Below, piece by piece: positions 28,531 through 38,493 of a stretch of DNA of 64,000 nucleotides. Position numbers and translations under genes: made by a program. The notes beneath the pieces are model-generated. The model searched no databases, was not told the origin of the DNA, and worked only from the letters and a program-made list of their open reading frames with translations. Position 1 is the stretch's first letter. Each line of letters opens with the position of its first letter. Source of the DNA: a virus; IMG/VR virus record IMGVR_UViG_3300049995_000120, positions 16,506 to 80,505 of that record; one strand, given 5' to 3'.

Positions 28531-29497
28531 AATTGTTGATCTGGATGTCTGGTTCCGGAACGGGGGTATTAATTGGGATCTTACCAAACTCAACCAGGAT
28601 GTGGTGGCGATCCAGGCCGGCATAGGAACATGGCAGAACCCGCTTCTAAAAGAGCAGGTGGACGGCGCATACGCCAATGGCGTACCTTACTTTACCTGGT
28701 GGATACCCGACATCAGCGATGGTCCCATCACTAGCCAGGTCGATTTCTACCTGAGTTTATATGGAGTGCGCGCGTCAGCAACCTGCATCGATATCGAACC
28801 GCCATGGGGCGGTATGCGCTGTGTCAATGCTTCAGAAGCGTTGGCTGCCAATCATCGCGTCGAGGATATAACTGGATACCAGCCTCTCAACTATTCCAAC
28901 AAGAAATACATCACCGAAGACCTGAAAACACCCGCATGGTTGCCCGACTACTGGTGGTGGATCGCTCAATATATTTATAAGCCTTGGTCAATCAGTTTCT
29001 ACACCGATTACACTTCTTTCCTTGCGAAATATGCGAACAAACTCCCACAAACGGCCTATGATTTGGGACTTGCTTCCAAGGTAATCGGTTGGCAGTTTAC
29101 GATGAAGGGAAACGCACAGGCGCTGTGCGCCAACGCCAAAACGTTAGATCCCATATATATTTATGGTATCAAAGAATGTGATTGCAGCGTTTCCACCATT
29201 GAAAAGGACGACTTTCTCCACCGCATCCAACTCGGATCAATACTCCCTCCACCTCCCCCTCCAATTGAAGGAACATGGTATATCGTTAATGTCCCTGAAC
29301 GCAACATCCGCTACCAGCCTAATGCTGTAACGGGGAAGATAATCACCACACTCCATTCAATGAATTGGGTGAAGATATCCAAAATCGTATCAGGTTTTCC
29401 TGGTCAATGGGGGGTTACAATTGCCTATAGCATCAACGGCGTGATTTCGCCTTGCTTGGGCAACTATATATACATGAACAATCTGACAACTCAATAA
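28517..29497 (+). CDS. endolysin, GH25 muramidase-like with C-terminal SH3b-like domain
   Basis: IVDLDVW, INW, DIE, WWIAQY and GWQFT motifs; Pro linker then NIR..P...G.II..L. Confidence 0.75.
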   Translation: MNQSKIVDLDVWFRNGGINWDLTKLNQDVVAIQAGIGTWQNPLLKEQVDGAYANGVPYFTWWIPDISDGPITSQVDFYLSLYGVRASATCIDIEPPWGGMRCVNASEALAANHRVEDITGYQPLNYSNKKYITEDLKTPAWLPDYWWWIAQYIYKPWSISFYTDYTSFLAKYANKLPQTAYDLGLASKVIGWQFTMKGNAQALCANAKTLDPIYIYGIKECDCSVSTIEKDDFLHRIQLGSILPPPPPPIEGTWYIVNVPERNIRYQPNAVTGKIITTLHSMNWVKISKIVSGFPGQWGVTIAYSINGVISPCLGNYIYMNNLTTQ

Positions 29498-29933
29498 TAA
29501 ATAGAAGAGCGCCACGAGACAACAGCAATCAGAACAGCAGTGGTGCTCTTTCATGTAGTATGTTCGTATATCATTACGCCAACTTGGGGTTGGGGCCAAG
29601 CGAATCTACCCAACTTTTCTGCAAATGGATAGGGGCACCCGCGATTAAGTATTCCCATAGATACGATATTGGTGCGTAGCGCGCCATGTAATATCGCATC
29701 AGCATGGCGTTCTAGTTCTTTTATATGCCTACCACATGCAATCTCATCAAATTTTAAATCGGGGGTAACTATCCTGTGATGACATCTGCGTGATGTACAA
29801 AACAGGCATTGAGTTTTTCTCATATTCACGCGCCTTCTTTCATGTTAATATTCTCGCGGCAACGATAACACTTACCCAAAACAAAAGACCAAAGACGATA
29901 CTCCAAATGATTAATTTTAGTTGCATTCCGGGT

Positions 29934-30368
29934 TTAGAGTTTGGTTGCATAGCACAGCACCTGTCCCTGCCAAGGCACTATATTAACTTGGCAACCAATC
30001 TTCATTAACAAGATGATGATCTGTTCAATGGTGCAGGCGTAAATCCAGCGCGGGTCAGCTTTCATCAGTGCAAAACTGAAATAGACTCTCGGAAAGCGGC
30101 CATTGAGGAACAGCCAGTCCAGTAAAGCAAGCGGATCTTGTAGCCATTCCAGCAGGCCAGAACAGACTGCACAGTCACCGCACACATCTGGGCGCTCAAC
30201 GTCAAGGTTCACACAGTAATCCACGCCACTATTATTCACACAATCTACATTGATGGTGTTGTGATGTAATTCCGCCAGCCACTGGTCGCCGCAACCGAAA
30301 TCCACAGCCGTCCAGTCCTTTTCAATAGCGCCGGCCAGTTTGTTTACCCGATCATGGACATTGATCAT
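29934..30368 (-). CDS. class I SAM methyltransferase-like
   Basis: VDFGCG, VD and D.AVCSGLLEW..DP motifs. Confidence 0.7.
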   Translation of the reverse strand: MINVHDRVNKLAGAIEKDWTAVDFGCGDQWLAELHHNTINVDCVNNSGVDYCVNLDVERPDVCGDCAVCSGLLEWLQDPLALLDWLFLNGRFPRVYFSFALMKADPRWIYACTIEQIIILLMKIGCQVNIVPWQGQVLCYATKL

Positions 30369-30939
30369 GTTTTATTTCAACCTCTTGCATAGCTGCCAAG
30401 TATTCTTTAATTTGTGCAATGGAATCAAAGTTTAGTTCCTTATGTGCGTTAACCGCCGGTTCATAAGAATATAAACAACAAGTACCATCGTGAAATAATT
30501 CAATAGTTTGATGTTTGTTCAGCCTCTTGCACAACTTCGCAAGGCTTGGATGCTTGGGTACGCGTCGCTCAACATAATCATAGGCTTCGCGGGGAGGCCA
30601 CCCCGCTAAAGTTTTGCCAACAAGAAATCCATCAACGGTTACGGTCTGGCCAGCTTCGGAATGACCTTCCGTGTAGTGTATGACATCCCCCTTTTCCCAT
30701 GGTTCTGTTTCACTCAGGACGCGCCACTTGCCGCGACGAGGCTTGGTACTACATTCTGCGATAAGATCAGTCTTAAGTTTTTTCGCCGCATTGGCTATTC
30801 CGTCAATCCTATAACGGTCCAGTTGGCAAGAATAAGTATTTTTCAATGAACCAATGCTAGTTATAGGCGATGACTGAATGTCGTTTAGCAATAGCTCATA
30901 GCACTTCATAATCTCTACTGCAAATTCTTTGTAATTCAT
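30352..30939 (-). CDS. hypothetical protein
   Basis: 195-aa ORF with SD, in operon. Confidence 0.55.
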   Translation of the reverse strand: MNYKEFAVEIMKCYELLLNDIQSSPITSIGSLKNTYSCQLDRYRIDGIANAAKKLKTDLIAECSTKPRRGKWRVLSETEPWEKGDVIHYTEGHSEAGQTVTVDGFLVGKTLAGWPPREAYDYVERRVPKHPSLAKLCKRLNKHQTIELFHDGTCCLYSYEPAVNAHKELNFDSIAQIKEYLAAMQEVEIKHDQCP

Positions 30940-30940
30940 C

Positions 30941-31129
30941 TTATCCTTCCTTTTTCCGCTCCTTGTGGTTCTTATAAAACGGGTTTTGGATTTCAGAATC
31001 GCACTCCGGGCAGATCAGTTTCTCCCCGTCGTCTTTGAATGCAGGGAAATTACACCTGCAATTGGGGCAGATGGCGGTGCCCACCACGCCGGCTACGATA
31101 TCATATGCTACATCATATTTGAATTTCAT
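30941..31129 (-). CDS. Zn-ribbon protein
   Basis: CPNC...CPEC. Confidence 0.55.
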   Translation of the reverse strand: MKFKYDVAYDIVAGVVGTAICPNCRCNFPAFKDDGEKLICPECDSEIQNPFYKNHKERKKEG

Positions 31130-31341
31130 CTCTGGCCCCGGTTGATGCGGCGGGATTCCTTCGCCATCTTGCGTCGCGCCTTGCTCTGCTTCTTATCCTT
31201 GCGCGTCACGCCCACACGCGGTTGTGGCTCTGCCTTCAGCCTCGTGCGCTTGCGGGGACTGTTCTTTATATAACGCAAACCATTCCCCCGTTTCAAAAGG
31301 TCGCGAATGGATTTTAAAAATTCCAATTGGTTGCCTGTCAT
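31126..31341 (-). CDS. small basic protein
   Basis: KARRKMAKESRRINR C-terminus common in phages. Confidence 0.55.
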   Translation of the reverse strand: MTGNQLEFLKSIRDLLKRGNGLRYIKNSPRKRTRLKAEPQPRVGVTRKDKKQSKARRKMAKESRRINRGQR

Positions 31342-31664
31342 TTATTTGCCTTTTTCCTTAACTTAATACCCAACTTGAACCTGAGAAAACGACGGATGGC
31401 AGGAAGGAAATCGAGTTTCAGCCAGCGGCGAAGTCTACCAGCCAGGGTTCTCGCTTTCTGTAATTCACATCCATTGCAATTTTCATAGTTATGAATGCGG
31501 AACATCATTAGCGACCAACATCCCATCTCTCCGCAGACCGCACCAGGATATTCACACCATTTGGGTTGAGGGTATAATTGGGCGCAGACCTCCCAAGTTA
31601 AACTATGTAAACCAACCAATTGGTTAAATCCCTCCTCGGTTAATTCGTGAAAATATTTAATCAT
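31338..31664 (-). CDS. Cys-rich hypothetical protein
   Basis: QP.WC.YP.A....GCWSL motif; AGGAG SD. Confidence 0.55.
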   Translation of the reverse strand: MIKYFHELTEEGFNQLVGLHSLTWEVCAQLYPQPKWCEYPGAVCGEMGCWSLMMFRIHNYENCNGCELQKARTLAGRLRRWLKLDFLPAIRRFLRFKLGIKLRKKANK

Positions 31665-31762
31665 GCTTCTCCTTTTCTAGTTGTGATTATTATAATCCAG
31701 ATTATCAAAAAGTCAATGGTTTTAGATGAGAAAACTTATCATTGATAACCATTAATAAAGCA

Positions 31763-33109
31763 TCATTTTACGTAACTGTTGATGTCAACTGTCGTTGCAT
31801 TATGGAAAACAGGATAAACATTGTCTGAAAGAAGTTCAATCGTTCCCCTATTGAGTGGTTTGGCGATATTTCTGGTCTTGGTGAAGGTAAGATATGAAAC
31901 GTTCTGCCGTCCAGGTTCGGAGCATTGGGTGAGTATTGCGATAATATCGGCATCAAAAATGACTTGGGCGCTGCCGCGCACGTCCTTGCTAGTGGGAGTC
32001 GCCGTTGAGCCTATAATATCTTTGGTGGTCGAAAGCACAGTTATACCTGCCAGATCAAGATCCAGGGTGCTGCGTTTCACAAGTCTGGACAGTATGCTGG
32101 AGCGCGGCGTTTCATCCATATCCACATAACCAGACATCATCAACAAATAATCCAGGACAAACAACTCTATTCCCAGGTTCTTTTTGGCGCGCGCCAGTTC
32201 GGCATGGAACTCCTGCGGAGTCAGGGATTTGTCAGAAATATATATGGGTAAGGCTTCCAAGTATTCTATGTCACCCAAATAATTCTGGAAAACATCATCC
32301 TTTATGTTTCCGCTGTCCATCTGGAAGGTGCTGATATGTTCTCTGGTGCTGATGACCCTTTTAATAATTTGCGCTTCGCTCATCTCGAAGGAGAAGATAG
32401 CCACCGCATGATTGCCGTTCTCGGGTAATGATGCCTGTACAGCCATCTGTGTCGCCAACTTGGTCTTGCCCGAGGATGGCGGTCCCGAAATATAAAGCAC
32501 TTCGCCTTTCTGAACACCACCCGTGAAGTCATCATAATCGTAGAAACCGGTCTTGATCCCCCAGATATTGGATGGATTGGCTCTGCGCTGCTCCACGTAC
32601 TCGTAATTATTCTTTAGGCCAGCGCTGATATGGCGCAGCCCTTTATCGGCGCTCTGGGTGGCGCTCACGACATTATCCAGCACCTTCCCGATCCCCTCAT
32701 CGATCAGCTGGCTCTCGTCCAATGCCACCTGCGCCATGCGATTAGCTTGTTCGAGTAGCGCGCGTCTCTGGCTTTTCTCCTTGACGATCTTGGCATAAGC
32801 AACAAGGTTGAAAGAAGATACATTATTGATAATGGCAGTAAGGCCGGCAGGTCCCCCCACATCTTCCAGATCTCCATCTTTCCCCATCCGATCGATAATC
32901 GTCAGGAAGTCAACGGGAGTATTCTGCTCCCGCACCTTCTGTATAGCGCGCCAGATTGCGCGCGGGGTGCTGAAATAAAAATCAGACTCCTCCAAAAACC
33001 CAATCTCATCCATACCGGGGGAGTTGATCAAAACCGCTCCCACCAGTGACTCTTCTGCATCCCTGGACTGTGGAGGAAGGATGACTTCCTGCTCTAGCGT
33101 ATCAACCAC
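31763..33109 (-). CDS. dnaB: replicative DNA helicase
   Basis: PPQS.DAEESLVGA N-domain, Walker A GPPSSGKT, FSFEMS, VLDYL, RGS....DAD, K.RN; GTG start after GGAG. Confidence 0.92.
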   Translation of the reverse strand: MVDTLEQEVILPPQSRDAEESLVGAVLINSPGMDEIGFLEESDFYFSTPRAIWRAIQKVREQNTPVDFLTIIDRMGKDGDLEDVGGPAGLTAIINNVSSFNLVAYAKIVKEKSQRRALLEQANRMAQVALDESQLIDEGIGKVLDNVVSATQSADKGLRHISAGLKNNYEYVEQRRANPSNIWGIKTGFYDYDDFTGGVQKGEVLYISGPPSSGKTKLATQMAVQASLPENGNHAVAIFSFEMSEAQIIKRVISTREHISTFQMDSGNIKDDVFQNYLGDIEYLEALPIYISDKSLTPQEFHAELARAKKNLGIELFVLDYLLMMSGYVDMDETPRSSILSRLVKRSTLDLDLAGITVLSTTKDIIGSTATPTSKDVRGSAQVIFDADIIAILTQCSEPGRQNVSYLTFTKTRNIAKPLNRGTIELLSDNVYPVFHNATTVDINSYVK

Positions 33110-34007
33110 TTGGTTTATCTCCAAACGCAGACTCTAGAAGTTGCTCCTTCCACCATTCGGGGAAGCCAGCGATCAACCCTCTCTGTACCTTGGACCAGAA
33201 GTGAGCGAAGAGAATGTTTTTCATCTCCTCCTCGCATTCTTTCTTAGTGTCTTCCTTGATTTCCGTAATCAGAGCAGGTATGTCGCGCGGTGAGCCTTCC
33301 AGAGTGCCGGCATCGCGCAGGTGCTGAACCGCTTTCAGCCAGCGCGCGGGGGTGCGGTAGCGATCAATCAACGTTTGAAGTACATCGCCTTGCGTCGGGT
33401 TGGCCTTGCGCCACTCGCCTCCCTGAACCTCTTTGAATGCTTCTGAAACATACTTTCCAATGGCTATTTTCTTCTCAGATGTAAACAGGGTGTAGTTCTT
33501 GACCACCACCCCCTCGATCTTGGTGCCGCCTAAAATCGATTTGGTTTCCAGGAGTTCCTTCAACATCTCCGCGTTCTCCACTTTACCCTCATAGAGAACC
33601 GGGACACACTCCAGATCAATTAAACCAAACTCGATTTCCTTTTCTTCGGGAGTGAGATAGTCTTCCAAGCCTGTCTGGATATCGAATCCGATCATGTAAT
33701 TCTTGGGTATCCGATCATAGCAGAGTGTGTTGTGTTTTGGCTTGGTGAGATATTCACAGCGATAAATCCAGCCGGCGTGTAAGTTGGGCTGCAGGGACTT
33801 GATGGTTTGGCAGGCGTTTTCAAACATGGTTTCGGGGCTGTCGATCACCAGTTGTGCGCCTTTGGAGCGCGCCATCAGTTCGCCTTCAATAAGTCCAAAA
33901 CTTATTTGTGACCCATCGATCTTCTCTTCCACCAAAACCGGGTCATTGAATATCCCCTCGATCATTTTATGCCCTAAAGCGAATACGGTTGGATATGAAC
34001 CTATCAT
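33102..34007 (-). CDS. RNA ligase (Rnl2-like nucleotidyltransferase)
   Basis: motif I EKIDGS, CEY, FDI, VPVLYEG, EGVVVK and K.VS..FKE. Confidence 0.8.
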   Translation of the reverse strand: MIGSYPTVFALGHKMIEGIFNDPVLVEEKIDGSQISFGLIEGELMARSKGAQLVIDSPETMFENACQTIKSLQPNLHAGWIYRCEYLTKPKHNTLCYDRIPKNYMIGFDIQTGLEDYLTPEEKEIEFGLIDLECVPVLYEGKVENAEMLKELLETKSILGGTKIEGVVVKNYTLFTSEKKIAIGKYVSEAFKEVQGGEWRKANPTQGDVLQTLIDRYRTPARWLKAVQHLRDAGTLEGSPRDIPALITEIKEDTKKECEEEMKNILFAHFWSKVQRGLIAGFPEWWKEQLLESAFGDKPSG

Positions 34008-34471
34008 GTCTTGTCTCCTGCTCTATAAATCTGAGGCCGCTCAGATTCCTTTCTCTGAAAAGCCTGCGGCCAGTATTCGTATATCTGTCCGAGAGTCGGC
34101 GGCTGGCGCTTCTGACCGCGCCAGTCATGATTCTCCCACCAATCCGCAAACTTATCCAGGGTCTCTTCATCGGGCCGTGTTGATAAAAACTCCAGCATAT
34201 CCTGACCTTCTTTGCGGTCCCAATGGTAGTTCATGCCAAAGCGCGAGTGACAGGTGGCCTTGATGGTCTGCACACGTGTCAACCCGTCAATCATGGCTGT
34301 AAATGTTCCCTTGCGCGCGGGCGTATCCGATTCGTTGGTGAACGCAATGCGCGCGGCCGAAACAACAGCCAATACGATCTCCTCAGACACTCCGCCAGGA
34401 GTACAACTGTCCAGAATCTCTCGGATGGTTTCCCTGAACTGCCCTAGTTTCTCTTGACTTATATTACTCAT
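34004..34471 (-). CDS. putative replication initiator/helicase loader-like protein
   Basis: first gene of the helicase operon; F..WW...DW.......PT..QI...W helical C-domain. Confidence 0.4.
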   Translation of the reverse strand: MSNISQEKLGQFRETIREILDSCTPGGVSEEIVLAVVSAARIAFTNESDTPARKGTFTAMIDGLTRVQTIKATCHSRFGMNYHWDRKEGQDMLEFLSTRPDEETLDKFADWWENHDWRGQKRQPPTLGQIYEYWPQAFQRKESERPQIYRAGDKT

Positions 34472-34791
34472 TTTATTTTCTTTCTTATGTGCAGGCGCAA
34501 TGATGCCCATTCCATCTATGGACATCTGGGTGTGCAGGCGCTACTGGTCATTACAGTGAGTAGCCCACTCCCCTCCAAGCCACCTGCTTTTGGCAGGACG
34601 CCCCAGGTCTGTTCAATTTACGCTTGCTTGGAAGTCCCATAACAGGACGGTCGCGAATTTCACGCTCTTACGTACTCTGGGCTTTTGTGCGCAGCGGTTC
34701 ATGATGGAGATGATTATACCGCGATATAAGGCGCTATGTCTCTGGCAGTTAGTAAGTTAAACGCATTCCTGCCAAACTGGCTAAATTGATC

Positions 34792-35022
34792 TTAGTCGGG
34801 GGCAGGCACAAGAGGATCATGATAATTTAAAATTCTGGCAACATCATAAAGAGAAATTAAACCTTTTTCAGTTAGCAATTCAATAAGGTTTGCAACTGCC
34901 AATTCAACGCTGATTCCATCCAGATCATTGGCGTCATGTTCATAAAAAATATGTACAATCCAAGTGGTTAACTCAACAGGATTGGCCTTGAAAGAAGAAT
35001 AGGGTTTATATTGAATTTTCAT
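34792..35022 (-). CDS. hypothetical protein
   Basis: MKIQYK start downstream of a structured leader. Confidence 0.5.
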   Translation of the reverse strand: MKIQYKPYSSFKANPVELTTWIVHIFYEHDANDLDGISVELAVANLIELLTEKGLISLYDVARILNYHDPLVPAPD

Positions 35023-35204
35023 ACAGCAAAAATCCTTATGGTATGTCTCGTGTCCTGTGGCCTTCCCGCGCCCTCCATGGGGAAAGGACATAAGACATCC
35101 CATAAGGATTCTTGGGAGAGCGCCATTCTGGAAGCCACGCCAGGTAGGGTCAAATCACTACGCCATTATTGTATGATAATGGCATAGTTTTGTCAAGAGG
35201 GATT

Positions 35205-35753
35205 TCACGGTGATTTTTTATTGATGTCTATCGTGAAAGACGGTTCTCCGATCCGTTTCAATTGAGCATCGCTCTCGATACGGAAGGGAAAGGCCAGCAC
35301 ATACCACTCAATGTAGACCGGGCTTACGCTCCCGTCAGCGTTCACACATTGTACGAGAGTCGGCGCGGCATCTCCAGGGGGGTATAGACTGTTGGGTTCA
35401 GCATTAGAAACAACAGAATTTGCATAACTCTCCCCTAGTATTTTATCAGGGCTGGTAAGGCGAGTAGAGTAGGGAATGGGATAAGCGATGGATGGGCAGA
35501 TTTCAATGATCTTGCCGTCATAGGTGATCATATAAGAATAGGTAGCGATGGTGCTGTTACGCGCCAGATAAGTTTCAATCACAATCTGTCGTTCCAGACT
35601 GTAGCCTCCCAAGTCGGGGATGGGCTGGTTCTGTACGATCGAGACTCCACCCTGTTTCTGCTGGCTCTGCTCAATATCATTTACGCTAGGGCTCATAGCA
35701 CAGGCGACCAGAATCAGGCTCAATATTACAATAGCGAAAACAAGTTTCTTCAT
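35205..35753 (-). CDS. lipoprotein
   Basis: MKK-hydrophobic-LVAC lipobox; ATGA overlap with upstream gene. Confidence 0.75.
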   Translation of the reverse strand: MKKLVFAIVILSLILVACAMSPSVNDIEQSQQKQGGVSIVQNQPIPDLGGYSLERQIVIETYLARNSTIATYSYMITYDGKIIEICPSIAYPIPYSTRLTSPDKILGESYANSVVSNAEPNSLYPPGDAAPTLVQCVNADGSVSPVYIEWYVLAFPFRIESDAQLKRIGEPSFTIDINKKSP

Positions 35754-36121
35754 CGGCAGTTTCCTTTCTGTTGTAGCCACTGGAGGGTGGTCGGGTTGAC
35801 CGTATCCCTCTTCATGGTTGATATTTGGGTACACATCTTGGTAATAATCGCTTTCTGTTGCGCCTGATAAGCGGCGACCAACGATTCGTTATCCTGGACT
35901 TCTGATATCTTGGTTTCCAGGCGCGCATATTCCAGGATATAGGCCTGGAGCATGTTGTTATTGGAATCGGTGAAACTCTTGCTTGACTCTACCGATTTAC
36001 GCTGGATGAACAGCCACCACGGGTAGAGTTGCTCGGTGGCAGCCATGTAGCCAACCACCAATCCACCTATTAACAAAACACAAATCACGAGGATCAGTAA
36101 ACCAGCCATAAAACTTTTCAT
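35750..36121 (-). CDS. membrane-anchored coiled-coil protein
   Basis: N-terminal TM helix then helical domain. Confidence 0.65.
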   Translation of the reverse strand: MKSFMAGLLILVICVLLIGGLVVGYMAATEQLYPWWLFIQRKSVESSKSFTDSNNNMLQAYILEYARLETKISEVQDNESLVAAYQAQQKAIITKMCTQISTMKRDTVNPTTLQWLQQKGNCR

Positions 36122-36136
36122 GACATTCTCCTTTTG

Positions 36137-36544
36137 TTATTGGGAAGCCGGCGGAATCCACTGGCTCCCGACGACTTCAATATTTCTCGACTGGCGGGTG
36201 CCATCAATGCTCACCTTATGATTTTCCACCAATCGGTTTAGAAGATAATGAACGCGCTCCATCGAGCCGAGGCACATAGCATCGCGCGCTTCGGCCAGGG
36301 AGGGAGAGTTCCCATTATGATTCGCTTTGTAATCGCATATAAACTTATATAGTTGATTCATAGTGGGAAGCGAAGCTAGGCGCACACTATGGGTATATCC
36401 TTCTTCCTTCTGCAGTAATTGATACACGCGCTGGCGCGAGATATTAAACCGCGCCTTGATGGCCTCCCAGGATTCACCATTTGCGATCATTTCCTTTATT
36501 TTCTGCAGTCGATACGTAACATAGACCGGATCGAGTTTAGTCAT
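36137..36544 (-). CDS. transcription regulator with HTH + LexA-type wHTH
   Basis: ISRQRVYQ HTH; FI.DY...H.GNSPS..E..DAM...S...V.Y.L..L...R.I LexA DNA-binding pattern. Confidence 0.75.
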   Translation of the reverse strand: MTKLDPVYVTYRLQKIKEMIANGESWEAIKARFNISRQRVYQLLQKEEGYTHSVRLASLPTMNQLYKFICDYKANHNGNSPSLAEARDAMCLGSMERVHYLLNRLVENHKVSIDGTRQSRNIEVVGSQWIPPASQ

Positions 36545-36939
36545 TGGACTGTCTTTCTAACGTCGTAATATTTTATGGTGATAACGCGTTGTCCTGTATC
36601 AATTGACGTGGCAACGCAAGGATCATCGTCCTTGTCATAAACTTTCTCGAAAGAAAGCTCCATATTTCTCGGGTCAACCTTATCTTTCTTGATATCGTCC
36701 AACAAGGATTTTAGTAGTTTAATTGCCCTTTGGCGCGCGTTGGTTATTGGTGAATCGTTTTCTTTTTTCTTGCGGCGCGGCAGGTCGTTCCAGTTGGAAA
36801 TAGCCTCTTCTTTGATATGGTTGAGTGGCCCTTCCATTTTACACTTATTGCAAACAACCCAAAATACGGTATCGCCGGCAACGCGTAAGTCTTTGGCGGT
36901 TGCATTACAGTAGGGATTAGGGCAGCGTTTAATTTTCAT
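36541..36939 (-). CDS. Lar-family restriction alleviation-like Zn-finger protein
   Basis: KRCP..YC...V.C..C...GP....EEAI..WN. Confidence 0.65.
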   Translation of the reverse strand: MKIKRCPNPYCNATAKDLRVAGDTVFWVVCNKCKMEGPLNHIKEEAISNWNDLPRRKKKENDSPITNARQRAIKLLKSLLDDIKKDKVDPRNMELSFEKVYDKDDDPCVATSIDTGQRVITIKYYDVRKTVQ

Positions 36940-37960
36940 TTGTTCTCCTTTTTGACCCAGAACCACTTGGGGTTATTATCCGTCTGGCGCACCCCGTTGA
37001 TGGAGTATGTGGTGCCTTTTCCTAAAATGCGATATTTTAGACCCGAAAACGCCTGTTTGTCTCTTGAACAAACATCATATTCCACGATCCGGCCATCTTC
37101 CAGAAGAGCCTCACGCACGATCTCGGTTGATTTGGAATCAGGGTAAGTCATCAATATAACGCCATGATTCTACTTCCACAGGATGAAGGGAATAGGCCTC
37201 AAAATCATTATAGATGATCCCATCACAATCTGTTACAAACCAATGATGAGATTGATATTTTCCTATTCCTATCCTAAAAGGCAACACTGCTGCTTTTACC
37301 CATACCAATTTTCCCGTGGTCGGGCAACCGCAGCACGCGGAGCGCCACCCATTTTTAAAAACAGGCGACGCCATTTCTATTTTATGTAGGTCTATTTCCT
37401 CACGTAACATACCTACTTCTAACTCGATCCGATGTAATCGATCATCTAATTCTTTCGTTATCATTTTTCATCCTCCAATGCCGCCGGCGTGGCGTTGAAT
37501 AATAAAGGCTGAAATGAACTCGCCTCATAATTTATTTTTACAAACGTATTACACAAACATTTGGTGCAGTAAAACCAATCAAAATAAAGTCTGCGCTTGG
37601 CCCCCGTACCCGGAAGTTGTTGTATATCTCGATACTTAACACCGCCATAAGCGAAGTTGTGATCGCATAATTCAATCGGCAACATGGTTGATGGTCTGCT
37701 TTTAGGGGATTCGTTCCAGTCACTCATTTGTATTCACCTTTTACCAAATCTGAGGGTTTTATTTGCGCCAACTCTATTGCTCCAGTTTCCACTCGATCAC
37801 AACCACCATATATTGTTCGCCTGAAAATCAATTGCGCCTTTTCGCTGATTTCACCTACCGTTAATTCGTGGTCACTCTCAACCTCTATTTGTCGTTCAAC
37901 AATCGCCTTAACTTGAACGGTATAGATATACTTTTCGGGGAATAATCTTGGAGTTATCAT
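36936..37960 (-). CDS. four small coupled hypothetical ORFs (36936-37154, 37138-37464, 37461-37727, 37724-37960)
   Basis: overlapping start/stop codons, same strand. Confidence 0.55.
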
Positions 37961-38493
37961 TTATATGCGCCTTCCACAAAATCGGTCTCTCCCGGTGGAA
38001 GAAGGTTTTGCATGACAGAACTCTCCTGCCAGAGTTGGGTGATAGTTTTCTCTCCTTCGGCCAGCATCCAGGGCATAAGAGGCGCATAACCGGGTGATAA
38101 CTGCTGTAAAAACCAAGTGCCATCCAGCGCGGTGCGGAGCATAAAAAGAGACATGCGAAGTGATTTATCCAGACGCGTATTCAAAGAAGATCGATTTCCA
38201 GCCCTTACGGGTAGAGCGGCGATATCAATACGACCTGGAATTGAAGCGCCGTTGTTGGTTTCAATGATGTAATGAATGCGAAATCCCTCGCGTGTTTGTG
38301 TTTCAATCTGAAACTTGCCACGCTGGAAGCGCATGACCATTCCACCCAAGCGGTTGATCGATTCAACAATCTCGGACTTGAGCCGCTCAAGATTCTTGGT
38401 GGTAGTCTGTCCCTGCCAGCCGGCCTCGCGCGTGACATCATCATAATATGGAACCTTGACACTACTTTTAGGGGTTTCGGGGATGAAGTTCAT
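37957..38493 (-). CDS. hypothetical protein
   Basis: AAGGAA SD, MNFIPE start. Confidence 0.6.
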   Translation of the reverse strand: MNFIPETPKSSVKVPYYDDVTREAGWQGQTTTKNLERLKSEIVESINRLGGMVMRFQRGKFQIETQTREGFRIHYIIETNNGASIPGRIDIAALPVRAGNRSSLNTRLDKSLRMSLFMLRTALDGTWFLQQLSPGYAPLMPWMLAEGEKTITQLWQESSVMQNLLPPGETDFVEGAYK

